Positions 25,591 to 34,568 of a DNA stretch of 44,299 nt are shown here, piece by piece. Source of the DNA: Candidatus Bipolaricaulota bacterium (GTDB lineage Bacteria; Bipolaricaulota; Bipolaricaulia; UBA7950; UBA9294); NCBI GenBank assembly GCA_021159055.1, contig JAGGSO010000091.1, positions 1 to 44,299 of the forward strand, written 5' to 3'. Position 1 is the first letter of the stretch. The number at the start of each line of letters is the position of its first letter. Below the pieces are notes generated by a model. That model worked only from the letters and a program-made list of their open reading frames with translations, was not told where the DNA came from and did not search any database. Position numbers and translations under genes: made by a program.

Positions 25591-26613
25591 ATGAAGAAAG
25601 CGTTGTTGATCCTTTCGGTGGCGTTGGTCCTCTTCACGGCCGCGTTCGCTCTTGGAGCGGCCAAACAGACCCTTCACATCTACACGGCGTTCGATGCCGA
25701 TCAGGCTGAGGTTTACATCAAAGCGTTCGAGCAGTCCCACCCGGATATCGAGGTCAAGTGGGTGCGGCTATCCTCTGGTCAGGTCTTGGCCCGAATCCGC
25801 GCCGAGGCAGCCAACCCGCAGGCAAGCCTGTGGTTCGGTGGTTCGAACACCTCCCACATCGCGGCGGCCAAGGACGGGCTCCTCGCTCCGTACAAGGAGT
25901 CCCTCGCCTGGCAGTTCATGCCCAAGCAGTTCAAGGATCCTGATGGGTTCTGGGTCGGGCTCTACGTCGGCTACATCGGGTTCGTCTCCAACACCGAGTT
26001 CCTCAAGAAGGTGGGAGCGGAGGCTCCAACCTCCTGGCAGGATCTGCTGAAGCCCGAGTTCAAGGGAGAGATCTCCCTCGCCTACCCGTTTAGCTCCGGT
26101 ACTGCCTACACCACCCTGTGCGGGATGCTGACTGCGATCGGCTCTCCTGAGCCCGGATTCGATCCTCAGGACGACGCCTACATCAAGGCATTCGATGCTC
26201 AGGTACACCATTACAACGAGTCCGGAAGCGCCTGCATCACTCAGGCCGGGCAGGGAGAGGTGGGGATCGGGATCGCCTTCTCGCATGACATCCTGAAGAA
26301 GGGGATTGCGAAAGGATTCCCGGTCGTCATGACGTTCCCCAAGGAGGGGACGAGCTACGAGATCGGCGGGATGGCTCTGATCAAGGGCGGCCCCGAGCCC
26401 GAGCTCGCCAAGATCTTCTACAATTGGGCCCTCTCCAAGGAGGCGCAAGACCTGTACAAGCAGTTCTACCGCATCCCGCTCAACCCGGAGGCCACGGTGG
26501 CCGAGGGGTGCGTCACTGCTTCCGATGTCAAGGTGCTTCCGATCGACCTTCTCTGGTACGGTGAGCACAAGGACGAGATCATCGATCACTGGCACGAGGT
26601 GACCGGCAAGTAA
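25591..26613 (+). CDS. ABC transporter substrate-binding protein, Fe3+/thiamine-type (FbpA/AfuA-like family)
   Basis: Signal peptide MKKALLILSVALVLFTAAFALGAA. LHIYTAFDADQAEVYIKAFEQSHPDIEVKWVRLSSGQVLARI is typical of the Fe3+/AfuA/ThiB cluster. Ligand not determinable. Confidence 0.75.
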   Translation: MKKALLILSVALVLFTAAFALGAAKQTLHIYTAFDADQAEVYIKAFEQSHPDIEVKWVRLSSGQVLARIRAEAANPQASLWFGGSNTSHIAAAKDGLLAPYKESLAWQFMPKQFKDPDGFWVGLYVGYIGFVSNTEFLKKVGAEAPTSWQDLLKPEFKGEISLAYPFSSGTAYTTLCGMLTAIGSPEPGFDPQDDAYIKAFDAQVHHYNESGSACITQAGQGEVGIGIAFSHDILKKGIAKGFPVVMTFPKEGTSYEIGGMALIKGGPEPELAKIFYNWALSKEAQDLYKQFYRIPLNPEATVAEGCVTASDVKVLPIDLLWYGEHKDEIIDHWHEVTGK

Positions 26614-26624
26614 GCCGAACCCGA

Positions 26625-26659
26625 GCGCGGGGAGGCAGCGCTTCCCCGCGCGCTTTTTT
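26625..26659 (+). terminator. Intra-operon intrinsic terminator/attenuator after the SBP gene
   Basis: GCGCGGGGAG / CUUCCCCGCGC stem (one bulge) followed by T6 (26654-26659), 12 nt before the permease start. Confidence 0.7.
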
Positions 26660-26671
26660 ACATGGGGACTT

Positions 26672-28357
26672 ATGCGGATTTCCAGCTACCAACGCGAACT
26701 TCGGAATGAAGTCCGGCGTCTGATCCATGATCCGGTATTATTGGGCATCGTGCTCGTTGTCTTCGGGCTCCTCGCCGTGTTCATCGTCCTCCCCCTGGTG
26801 AAGGTGGTCCAGTTCAGCCTGTGGCCCGGGGGGCAGTTCAACCCGAAGTATTTCCTCAACTTCTTCCGCAAGAGCTACTACTGGCGCCCGTTGATCAACA
26901 GCATGATCGTCGGATCCCTGGTCTCACTGTTCGGCACGATCGTCGCATTCATCTTCGCTTACGGGATCACCAGGACCGACATCCCCGGGAAGGGGATCTT
27001 CCGGCTGATCGCGATGATGCCGATCGTGTCCCCTCCGTTTCTCATCGCCCTCGCCGCGATCTTGCTCCTCGGGCATCATGGGGTCGTCACTGAGGCGCTG
27101 CACTTGAATTGGGATATCTACGGTCTCCCCGGCCTCGTCCTCACGGAAACCCTGGCCTACTTTCCGATCGCGTTCATGATCCTCGAGGGAGTGCTGTCCA
27201 AGATCGATCCCGCAATCGAGGAGGCCGCCCTCGACATGGGGGCGTCCAAGCTGCGGACGTTCCTCACCGTAACCCTTCCGCTCGCCATCCCCGGGATTGC
27301 CAGTGCGATGCTCCTGGTGTTCATCCGCTCGCTCGAGGACTTCGGGAATCCGGTCGTGATCCAGGGGAATTTTCAGGTCCTTACCGTGGCCGCCTACCAC
27401 GCCGTCACTGGGATGTACAACATGCCACTCGGGGCGACCCTGGCAATCTTCATGCTCATCCCGACGCTGATGATCTTCGTCGTTCAGAAGTACTACGTCG
27501 CGCGCCGCTCCTACGTCACCGTGACCGGAAAGCCGTCCGGGGTGGGACTGAAGTCGACCGAGCCACATGTGAAGTATCCTATCTTCGGGCTGATGATCCT
27601 GCTGAGCGGAGTGATCATCTTGCTCTACGGAGTGGTCCTGTTCGGCTCGTTCACCAAGATCTGGGGGATCGACCATACCCTCACCCTGAAGAACTACCAG
27701 TACGTGTTCAGCGTCGGCGGTCAGTATGTCCTTGACACGATCGAAATCGCCCTCATCGCCACCCCGATCGGGGGGATCCTATCCATGATCATCGCTTACC
27801 TCGTCGTTCGAAAGCGGTTCCTCGGCCGGGGGCTGATGGAGTTCGTCTCGATGCTCAACTTCGCCGTCCCTGGGGTCGTCGTCGGAATCGGTTACATCCT
27901 TGCGTTCAACACCCCACCCCTGCGGCTGACTGGGACGGCGCTGATCATCATCCTCGTGTTCATCTTCCGCCGCATGCCGGTGGGGATACGGGACGGGATC
28001 GCGCAGCTACAGCAGATCGATCCCTCCATCGAGGAGGCATCGAGCAGCTTGGGCGCGGGCTTCTTCCGCACGTTCACCCGCGTCACTCTTCCGCTCGTCG
28101 CGCCCGCGTTCCTGTCAGGGCTTGTGTACATCTTCGTCCGGTGCATGACCGCGATCTCGGCGGTGGTGTTCGTGGTATCGGCGAGCTGGCAGCTTTTGAC
28201 AGTGGCGCTACTGTACGAAGTCGATCAGGCTAACCTGTCGGCCGCTGCTGCATATGGGTACGTGATCATCGCCATCGTTCTCGCCGCCATTGTGTTGATG
28301 CGGTTTGTCGTAGAGAAATTGTTCCAGAAAGGATTTTCGCCGATCGCGCGGGAATAG
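26672..28357 (+). CDS. ABC transporter permease with two fused transmembrane domains (FbpB/AfuB/ThiP-like)
   Basis: 561 aa and about 12 TM segments. Two EAA-loop regions are present (IEEAALDMGASKLRTFLTVTLP and IEEASSSLGAGFFRTFTRVTLP). Confidence 0.85.
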   Translation: MRISSYQRELRNEVRRLIHDPVLLGIVLVVFGLLAVFIVLPLVKVVQFSLWPGGQFNPKYFLNFFRKSYYWRPLINSMIVGSLVSLFGTIVAFIFAYGITRTDIPGKGIFRLIAMMPIVSPPFLIALAAILLLGHHGVVTEALHLNWDIYGLPGLVLTETLAYFPIAFMILEGVLSKIDPAIEEAALDMGASKLRTFLTVTLPLAIPGIASAMLLVFIRSLEDFGNPVVIQGNFQVLTVAAYHAVTGMYNMPLGATLAIFMLIPTLMIFVVQKYYVARRSYVTVTGKPSGVGLKSTEPHVKYPIFGLMILLSGVIILLYGVVLFGSFTKIWGIDHTLTLKNYQYVFSVGGQYVLDTIEIALIATPIGGILSMIIAYLVVRKRFLGRGLMEFVSMLNFAVPGVVVGIGYILAFNTPPLRLTGTALIIILVFIFRRMPVGIRDGIAQLQQIDPSIEEASSSLGAGFFRTFTRVTLPLVAPAFLSGLVYIFVRCMTAISAVVFVVSASWQLLTVALLYEVDQANLSAAAAYGYVIIAIVLAAIVLMRFVVEKLFQKGFSPIARE

Positions 28358-28366
28358 GAGAGAAAG

Positions 28367-29458
28367 ATGAACGACGTCGTTGTCAGGTTTGAACACATCG
28401 TCAAGGTATTCGCAGAGGGGTCGAGCCGTGAGGTAAGAGCGGTCGACGATTTCTCCCTATCAGTGGGGAGGGGGAAGCTCGTCACCCTCCTCGGCCCGTC
28501 TGGATGTGGGAAGACGACGACCCTACGCATCCTCGCCGGCTTCGAATTCGCGACTTCCGGTGACGTCTATATCGAGGACAGGCGCGTCAACGACATCCCA
28601 CCGCAGAAGCGGGATACATCGATGGTGTTCCAGTCGTACGGGCTCTTCCCGCACATGACGGTGTACGAAAACGTTGCCTACGGGCTGAAGGTTAAGCACG
28701 TTCCCAAGGTACAGATCAAGCGTCAGGTGGCCGAGGTATTATCCCTTGTTGGGTTGGAGGGGCTGGAGCGCCGCTCAGTCGGCCAGCTCTCCGGCGGGCA
28801 ACAGCAGCGGGTCGCCCTGTGCCGAGCGATCGTCACCAAGCCTAAGGTCCTCCTGTTCGACGAGCCGTTGTCCAACCTCGATGCGAAGCTCCGCAAGGGG
28901 ACCAGAGAACAGATACGGCGGCTGCAGCAGGAACTCGGGATCACGAGCATCTACGTCACCCACGACCAGGCTGAGGCGATGAGCATCTCGGACGCGATCG
29001 CGGTAATGAACGCCGGCCGGCTGCAGCAACTCGGTCCGGCCGAGGAGATCTATTCCCGTCCGGCGAATCGGTTCGTCGCCGACTTCATCGGTGAAGCGAA
29101 CTTCCTCCCTGCCCGCATCACCGCGGTGTCGGACGGGCAAGTGACGATTCGGCTGTTCGAGCGCGATCTGACGGTGGAACAAGACACCCCGCGGTTCTCC
29201 CCGGGCGAGGAGGTGGATACGGTGGTGCGTCCCGAAGCGGTGGACGTCATCGGGGTAGGGGAAGGGGATGTCGATGCGGAGATCCTGTTCTCCCACTACA
29301 CCGGTTCGGTAGTGCTGTATGCCTTGAAGCTTCCGGACGGAAACAGGATGGAGGTCCAGGTAGCGAACCCGAAGGAGCGCGGGCTCCTTCCGATCGGGAC
29401 GGTGGTCGGGCTCCGCTTGCACCGCAAGAGTCTGCATCTCCTGAAGAAAGAGACGTGA
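28367..29458 (+). CDS. ABC transporter ATP-binding protein (FbpC/PotA-like with a C-terminal TOBE-type domain)
   Basis: Walker [10 protein letters not shown], signature LSGGQQQRV and Walker B LFDEPLS, plus a ~120-aa C-terminal beta domain. Confidence 0.9.
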   Translation: MNDVVVRFEHIVKVFAEGSSREVRAVDDFSLSVGRGKLVTLLGPSGCGKTTTLRILAGFEFATSGDVYIEDRRVNDIPPQKRDTSMVFQSYGLFPHMTVYENVAYGLKVKHVPKVQIKRQVAEVLSLVGLEGLERRSVGQLSGGQQQRVALCRAIVTKPKVLLFDEPLSNLDAKLRKGTREQIRRLQQELGITSIYVTHDQAEAMSISDAIAVMNAGRLQQLGPAEEIYSRPANRFVADFIGEANFLPARITAVSDGQVTIRLFERDLTVEQDTPRFSPGEEVDTVVRPEAVDVIGVGEGDVDAEILFSHYTGSVVLYALKLPDGNRMEVQVANPKERGLLPIGTVVGLRLHRKSLHLLKKET

Positions 29459-30243
29459 CCCGCTACCGCCTGTTTGCGTTCGACCTCGACGGGACCCTGC
29501 TTGCGCCCGATGGCGCGCTCCCAGATGACGTCCGGCAGTTCGTCCTCGAGATTTCCCGCTCCGCTCGCGTCACCATCGCTACCGGCCGCTCGCTCGCTTC
29601 AGCCCGGCCGTACATGGAAGAGCTCAAGGTGAGGACACCGGTGGTCATCTACCACGGGGCGGTCGTTTACGATCCGGTTCAGGCCAGGCCTCTTCGCGAG
29701 CTGCATATCCCCGGCCGGGAGGCGCGCCGCGCGTTCGCGACCGCACAGCGCTTTCCGGTTCATCCGCAGATCTACCGTGCAGTGGATGATCCAACGGTAT
29801 ACACCCCGCGGATCACCCCGCCGATCGAGGCGTTCGTGAGCAACGAAAACCTCAGGGCCGAGGAGGTACCGAATCCGGATGCTCTCCTCAGCACCGGACC
29901 GCTGAAGCTCCTGTTCATCGGGGAAGCGGACATCATCCCTGACCTCATCGCCACTCTGCGGGAGAGTGTGCCCGAAGTGACGACCGTGCGGGCAGCGCGA
30001 AACTACGTCGAGGTCCTCCCTCCCGGGATCTCCAAGGGAGATGGGCTTGCCTGGCTGTGTGATCACCTCGGAATCCCTCTCTCCCTCACCGTGGCAGTCG
30101 GAGACCAGGAGAGCGACCTCGACATGATCGAACGGGCCGGTCTCGGGGTGGCGATGATGGAAGGAGATCCGGCCATCCGGTCCCATGCTCAGGTGGTCGT
30201 CAAAAGCGTAATCGAGCTGCGTGACCTGCTCGACCTCCGATAG
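29455..30243 (+). CDS. HAD-IIB (Cof-type) phosphatase
   Basis: Motif I FAFDLDGTLL and motif IV GDQESDLDMIERAGLGVAM, with a Cof-type cap between them. The GTG start overlaps the ATPase stop (GTGA). Confidence 0.85.
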   Translation: MTRYRLFAFDLDGTLLAPDGALPDDVRQFVLEISRSARVTIATGRSLASARPYMEELKVRTPVVIYHGAVVYDPVQARPLRELHIPGREARRAFATAQRFPVHPQIYRAVDDPTVYTPRITPPIEAFVSNENLRAEEVPNPDALLSTGPLKLLFIGEADIIPDLIATLRESVPEVTTVRAARNYVEVLPPGISKGDGLAWLCDHLGIPLSLTVAVGDQESDLDMIERAGLGVAMMEGDPAIRSHAQVVVKSVIELRDLLDLR

Positions 30244-30264
30244 CCGTCCCGCGGCGGCGCACGC

Positions 30265-30293
30265 TTGACCGCAGGGAGAAGGATCGGTTTAAT
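30265..30293 (+). promoter_or_regulatory. Sigma70-type promoter of the HEAT-SDR-GNAT cluster
   Basis: TTGACC (30265-30270) - 17 nt - TTTAAT (30288-30293). SD GGAGGAGGGGG precedes ATG 30326. Confidence 0.55.
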
Positions 30294-30325
30294 TGATTTA
30301 TCGCTAGATTGAAGGAGGAGGGGGT

Positions 30326-31165
30326 ATGCACGAAGCGATCGATCGGGCGGTGGGAGATGCGGTCGAAACTTTGCCTGAAATCCTCGCTGGGGCAGGAACC
30401 GGAGGGATCAGGTATGCGCTGCGGCGGATGGCCGCGGTCGGCGATCCCGCTGAGCTGTTGACGAAGGCGGCTGATTGGGCTGTGCATCCGGCACCGGAGA
30501 TGCGACAGCTGGCGTGCGGCCTCGCCGTGCAGGGGTACAAGGCCGGGCGGAAGCAGGCGGTGGAGATCCTGCACCGGCTCTCCGCCGATGAGGAGCGGTC
30601 GGTACGAGACACGGCGGGGCGGGAGTGCGGGCGGCTCTTGTGCCGGGATTTCTCTCGCATGCTGGAAGAGATGTACGAATTTCGCACCGACCCTTCACCA
30701 TGGGTGCGCCGGGCGGTGGCATTAGCGGCGATGACCGCGGGAAAGGAGCGACGGCTGGAGCGAGCCGAGCCTCTGTTGAAGCTCCTCGAACCCCTCCTGG
30801 CCGACCGCGCCCCTGAGGTGCGACGGAGCCTCGGTCCGGTAGCGATCGGGGGAGGTCTCCTGCGCTACTATCCGGAGATGACGTTCGAATACCTGGTGAA
30901 GTGGTCGACGGCGAACGATGAGCAGGTGCTGTGGAACGTGGCGATGTCGTTCTCCGGCCCCGGGGCAGTTCCGCTCGTGAAAAAGGCGCTGATCGTCCTG
31001 AGGCGGCTATCCCTCGATGAGCGGCGCTACGTCTGGCGGGCGGTCGCCTCGGCAATGTGGAAGCTCGGACGCAAGCGCCCGGAGATCGTGCGCCCCGAGC
31101 TCGCCCGTTGGCTGGAGGATGAACGGAGAGTGCGGGTAGCGCGCGCTGCGCTCAAGTACCTGTAG
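30326..31165 (+). CDS. HEAT-repeat protein (DNA-alkylation-repair/AlkD-like fold suspected)
   Basis: Repeated helical units, each with a conserved V-R-(R/D) (SVRDTAGRE, PWVRRAVALAA, PEVRRSLGP, RYVWRAVASA). The functional assignment is weak. Confidence 0.45.
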   Translation: MHEAIDRAVGDAVETLPEILAGAGTGGIRYALRRMAAVGDPAELLTKAADWAVHPAPEMRQLACGLAVQGYKAGRKQAVEILHRLSADEERSVRDTAGRECGRLLCRDFSRMLEEMYEFRTDPSPWVRRAVALAAMTAGKERRLERAEPLLKLLEPLLADRAPEVRRSLGPVAIGGGLLRYYPEMTFEYLVKWSTANDEQVLWNVAMSFSGPGAVPLVKKALIVLRRLSLDERRYVWRAVASAMWKLGRKRPEIVRPELARWLEDERRVRVARAALKYL

Positions 31166-31182
31166 GTTATAATCCTGGAACT

Positions 31183-31926
31183 ATGAACGAAACGAAGAAA
31201 GGCGCCATTGTAACAGGAAGCTCGCGCGGGATCGGGGCGGCAATCGCGGTGCGGTTGGCCGCCGCGGGGTACGGAGTATGCGTGAACTACGTCAATAACC
31301 GCGCCCGCGCTGAGGAGCTCGTGAAGCGGATAACCGATGAGGGTGGAGAAGCGTTCCCGTTCCAGGCCGACGTCTCCGATTTCGAGCAGGTTGCTGCTCT
31401 CGTCGAGGAGACGGTGAAGCGGTTCTCGGGGATCAGGATCGTGGTGAACAATGCCGGATTCTCCCAACACCGGACCGTGGAAGAGATGACGGTGGCCGAT
31501 TGGGAGCGGTCGGTGGCGGTGAACCTGTCCGCCGCGTTCTACACGGTGAAGGCCGCCCTTCCCTACTTGAAGAGCGAGCCGTGGGGGAGGATCGTCAACA
31601 TCTGCTCCCTGCGGGCGATGACCGGATCGGACCACGGGGCGCACTATGCCGCGGCCAAGTCCGGGTTGATCGGGCTGACCAAGTCGCTCGCGTTGGAACT
31701 CGCCCCCAACATCACGGTGAACGCGGTTTCGCCCGGGTACACCTACACCGACATGACGGCGAGGACGCTCGACGAGAAGGGCGATCAGATCTATTCCAAG
31801 ATTCCGGCCCGTCGTGCCGCTCAGCCGGAGGAGATCGCCGCTCTCGTTGGGTTCCTCTGTTCCGAGGAGGCGGGCTACATCACCGGGGAGACGATCAACA
31901 TCAACGGCGGAATCTACATGCGATGA
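31183..31926 (+). CDS. Short-chain dehydrogenase/reductase (FabG-like)
   Basis: TGSSRGIGAAIA cofactor motif, NNAG, and the catalytic YAAAK. Confidence 0.85.
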   Translation: MNETKKGAIVTGSSRGIGAAIAVRLAAAGYGVCVNYVNNRARAEELVKRITDEGGEAFPFQADVSDFEQVAALVEETVKRFSGIRIVVNNAGFSQHRTVEEMTVADWERSVAVNLSAAFYTVKAALPYLKSEPWGRIVNICSLRAMTGSDHGAHYAAAKSGLIGLTKSLALELAPNITVNAVSPGYTYTDMTARTLDEKGDQIYSKIPARRAAQPEEIAALVGFLCSEEAGYITGETININGGIYMR

Positions 31927-33155
31927 CCGACATCAGGGAGTACGACCCAGCCCGCGACTTCGAGGCCGTAAAGCGGATCTGGAGCGAGGTCGGATGGTTT
32001 CGCGGGGAGAAGCGGGAGGAGGAGGGCCTGCAGGCGCTCCTGGCCGTCGCGCGCAGCTGGGTGGGGGAGCTGGCCGGGAGTGTGGAATCGCACGTCGCGA
32101 CCCTTACCGGAACGATCCTCTACCTCGACCGTGATCTCCCGTTCTCCGGGATCGCTGGGGTGACGACGAGTCGGATCGCCCGGCACCGCGGCCTCACGGC
32201 ACGGCTCGTCGCACACGCGATCGCCCGCGCCGCCGAGGACGGCGCAGCGGTATGCGGCCTGGGAATGTTCGACCAGGGGTATTACGAGCGGTTCGGGTTT
32301 GGGACCGGATCCTACGAACACTCGTTCACCTTCGATCCCGCTGCCCTGCGGGTACCGGCTCCTCCCCGTGTCCCGCTTCGCCTCGGCCCGGATGACTGGG
32401 AGAGGATCCACGAAAATCGCCTCGCACGCCTGCGGCGACACGGGGGATGCAACATCACCCCACCTGGATTCACGCGGGGGGAGATGGTGTGGGGGAAGAA
32501 CGGGTTCGGGCTCGGGTACGCGGATGAGTCCGGAGCGTTGACCCATCATCTGTGGATGTCGACGGAGAGCCCGGAGAGCGGGCCGTACGCGGTCCAGTGG
32601 ATGGCGTACCGAAGTGGAGAGGAGCTGCGTGAGCTCCTCGCGCTTATCAAGACGCTGTCGGATCAGATTCCGGCGGTGCGGATGGTCGAGCCTCCCGGGG
32701 TGCAGCTGCAGGACTTCATCGACCGACCGTTCCGGCTGCGGCAGCTCACCCGGGGTGGGAGGTTCGAGGCGCGGGCGAACGCCACCGCATACTGGCAGGT
32801 GCGGATCCTCGATCTTGACGCATGCATCGGGGCGGTCAGGATCCCGGAGAAGATCGAGTTCAACCTCGAGCTTTCCGATCCGATCACCGATTACCTCCCG
32901 CCCGATGCCCCGTGGCGCGGGATCGGGGGAAAGTACGTGGTCCATCTCGGCCCGGAGTCGACCGTCCATCCGGGCCAGGCCCCCGGCCTTCCGGTACTGC
33001 AGGCGTCGGTAGGGGCGTTCACGCGGGGGTGGTTCGGGGTCCTTCCCGCAAGCGGTTTGGCAGTGAGCGATGAGTTCGCCGGGCCGGAGGAGCTGATCAA
33101 AGGGCTCGATCGCGTCCTCAGGCTTCCGGTTCCACATCCGGATTGGGACTTTTGA
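31923..33155 (+). CDS. Eis-like GNAT N-acetyltransferase (GNAT + GNAT-like + SCP2-like domains)
   Basis: ATG 31923 overlaps the SDR stop (ATGA). RHRGLTARLVAHAI acetyl-CoA motif, ~410 aa, and a C-terminal aromatic residue (..PDWDF) as in Eis-family enzymes. The track ORF from 31500 is an out-of-gene extension. Confidence 0.7.
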   Translation: MTDIREYDPARDFEAVKRIWSEVGWFRGEKREEEGLQALLAVARSWVGELAGSVESHVATLTGTILYLDRDLPFSGIAGVTTSRIARHRGLTARLVAHAIARAAEDGAAVCGLGMFDQGYYERFGFGTGSYEHSFTFDPAALRVPAPPRVPLRLGPDDWERIHENRLARLRRHGGCNITPPGFTRGEMVWGKNGFGLGYADESGALTHHLWMSTESPESGPYAVQWMAYRSGEELRELLALIKTLSDQIPAVRMVEPPGVQLQDFIDRPFRLRQLTRGGRFEARANATAYWQVRILDLDACIGAVRIPEKIEFNLELSDPITDYLPPDAPWRGIGGKYVVHLGPESTVHPGQAPGLPVLQASVGAFTRGWFGVLPASGLAVSDEFAGPEELIKGLDRVLRLPVPHPDWDF

Positions 33156-33172
33156 ACGAGGAGGTGAGGCAA

Positions 33173-33406
33173 ATGCGTACATTGGGCAGGTTCATCGCCG
33201 GCGGTGGGATCGCCGCGTTTTTCTTCTTCAGCTGGGTGATCGAGATGCTGTGGAACAGCATCGTCGTCGGGCACCTCGGGCTGTTCAAGCCGCTCAACTA
33301 CTGGCAGGCGGCGGGGCTGTGGTTTCTGATCACGCTCCTGTTCGCCGGAGTCGGGATCGGCACCGGTCGCTCGGTCGTCTGGCGGGGATGGAGCACCCGC
33401 GATTGA
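33173..33406 (+). CDS. Small two-TM membrane protein, unknown function
   Basis: SD GAGGAGGTGAGG lies 5 nt before ATG 33173. Two hydrophobic helices are present (FIAGGGIAAFFFFSWVIEML, AAGLWFLITLLFAGVGIG). Confidence 0.55.
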   Translation: MRTLGRFIAGGGIAAFFFFSWVIEMLWNSIVVGHLGLFKPLNYWQAAGLWFLITLLFAGVGIGTGRSVVWRGWSTRD

Positions 33407-33502
33407 GAGATACCGAACGCCGCTGTTTTAACTAGCGCCGTTCCGCTTGGCAAGCGGCTTCAGAATCTTTATTTGTCGCTTTTCGTCATGTATTATTTGG
33501 AC

Positions 33503-33599
33503 ATCTCCGACCTGTCGACCCTACGGGCATAGGGCCTATGGGAGGCAGGCGATAGGGTGTAGCGGGAAACGGCTGCGCCTCCCGTATTCGGAAAGGAGG
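33503..33599 (+). promoter_or_regulatory. Moco (molybdenum/tungsten cofactor) riboswitch-like leader
   Basis: 5' CUCCGA... and 3' ...UCGGAAAGGAGG are complementary, so the P1-type helix includes the SD. Internal helices are GGGAGGC/GCCUCCC and CCCUA/UAGGG. It sits directly upstream of a tungstate/molybdate transport and Moco biosynthesis operon. Matched to the Moco motif from memory only. Confidence 0.55.
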
Positions 33600-33603
33600 T
33601 TTC

Positions 33604-34566
33604 ATGAAGCTCCACACGGTGCTCCTCATCGGAGCGTTGATTCTCGCGTCGTTTCAGGTCTCGTTCCCTCAGGCAAACACAGGACCGCTCGTCATCTTCC
33701 ACGCCGGCAGCCTCACCGTTCCGCTTAACCGGCTGATGAGCGCGTTCCAGGAGTCGCATCCCGGGGTTAGATTCGCCGCGGAGGGATCGGGGAGCCGTAC
33801 CGTCGCCCGCAAGGTGAGCGAATTGGGCCGGCTTGCTGACATCGTCATGTCGGCCGATTACACGGTGATCGACGAGCTGTTGATCCCGGAGTTCGCGGAC
33901 TGGAACATCGAGTTCGCCCGCAACACCATGGTGATCGCCTACACCGACAGGTCGGCGTACGCCGATGAGATCAGACCGGATAATTGGTACGAGGTTCTCA
34001 CCCGTCCGGGCGTGATATACGGGCACTCGGATCCCGACGTCGATCCATGCGGCTACCGCACGCTGATGGTCTGGCAGCTCGCGGAGAAACACTATCAGAT
34101 TCCCGGACTCTATCAGAAGCTGGTTGATCATTGTCCGCCGGGGAACGTGCGCCCAAAATCGGTGGAGCTGATCGCTCTCCTTCAATCCGGGGACATGGAC
34201 TACGCGTTCGAGTACCGTTCGGTGGCGGTACAACACGGACTTAAGTTCGTAGAACTCCCGGACGAAATAGACCTGAGCCGGGCGGAGTACGCCGACTTCT
34301 ACGCCGAGGCGAAAGTACCCATCAGCGGAGAGGCACCAGGAACCACGATCACCAAGATCGGCAAGCCAATCGTCTACGGAATGACCATCCCAAAGAACGC
34401 CCCGCATCCGGCGTTGGCAGCGGAGTTCGTCGCGTTCGTCATCGGCCCGCCGGGACAAAGGATCCTCTCCGAGCTCGGCCAGCCGCCGATCGTGCCCGCA
34501 GTGGCAGAACGCGGATGGGACAAGGTGCCGCCGGCGCTCCGCGCGCTCACCGCGCCGGAGGGATAA
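33604..34566 (+). CDS. wtpA: Tungstate/molybdate ABC transporter substrate-binding protein, WtpA-type
   Basis: Signal peptide plus FHAGSL, GSGSRTVARKV, ADIVMSADY and SDPDVDPCGYR motifs characteristic of the WtpA class. Confidence 0.7.
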   Translation: MKLHTVLLIGALILASFQVSFPQANTGPLVIFHAGSLTVPLNRLMSAFQESHPGVRFAAEGSGSRTVARKVSELGRLADIVMSADYTVIDELLIPEFADWNIEFARNTMVIAYTDRSAYADEIRPDNWYEVLTRPGVIYGHSDPDVDPCGYRTLMVWQLAEKHYQIPGLYQKLVDHCPPGNVRPKSVELIALLQSGDMDYAFEYRSVAVQHGLKFVELPDEIDLSRAEYADFYAEAKVPISGEAPGTTITKIGKPIVYGMTIPKNAPHPALAAEFVAFVIGPPGQRILSELGQPPIVPAVAERGWDKVPPALRALTAPEG

Positions 34567-34568
34567 CG

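Noticed and set aside
31166-31182. TATAAT 9 nt upstream of the SDR start, as a leaderless internal promoter
   Set aside because: There is no acceptable -35 (GCTGCG at the 17-nt position). The 17-nt gap after the HEAT gene is compatible with simple co-transcription.
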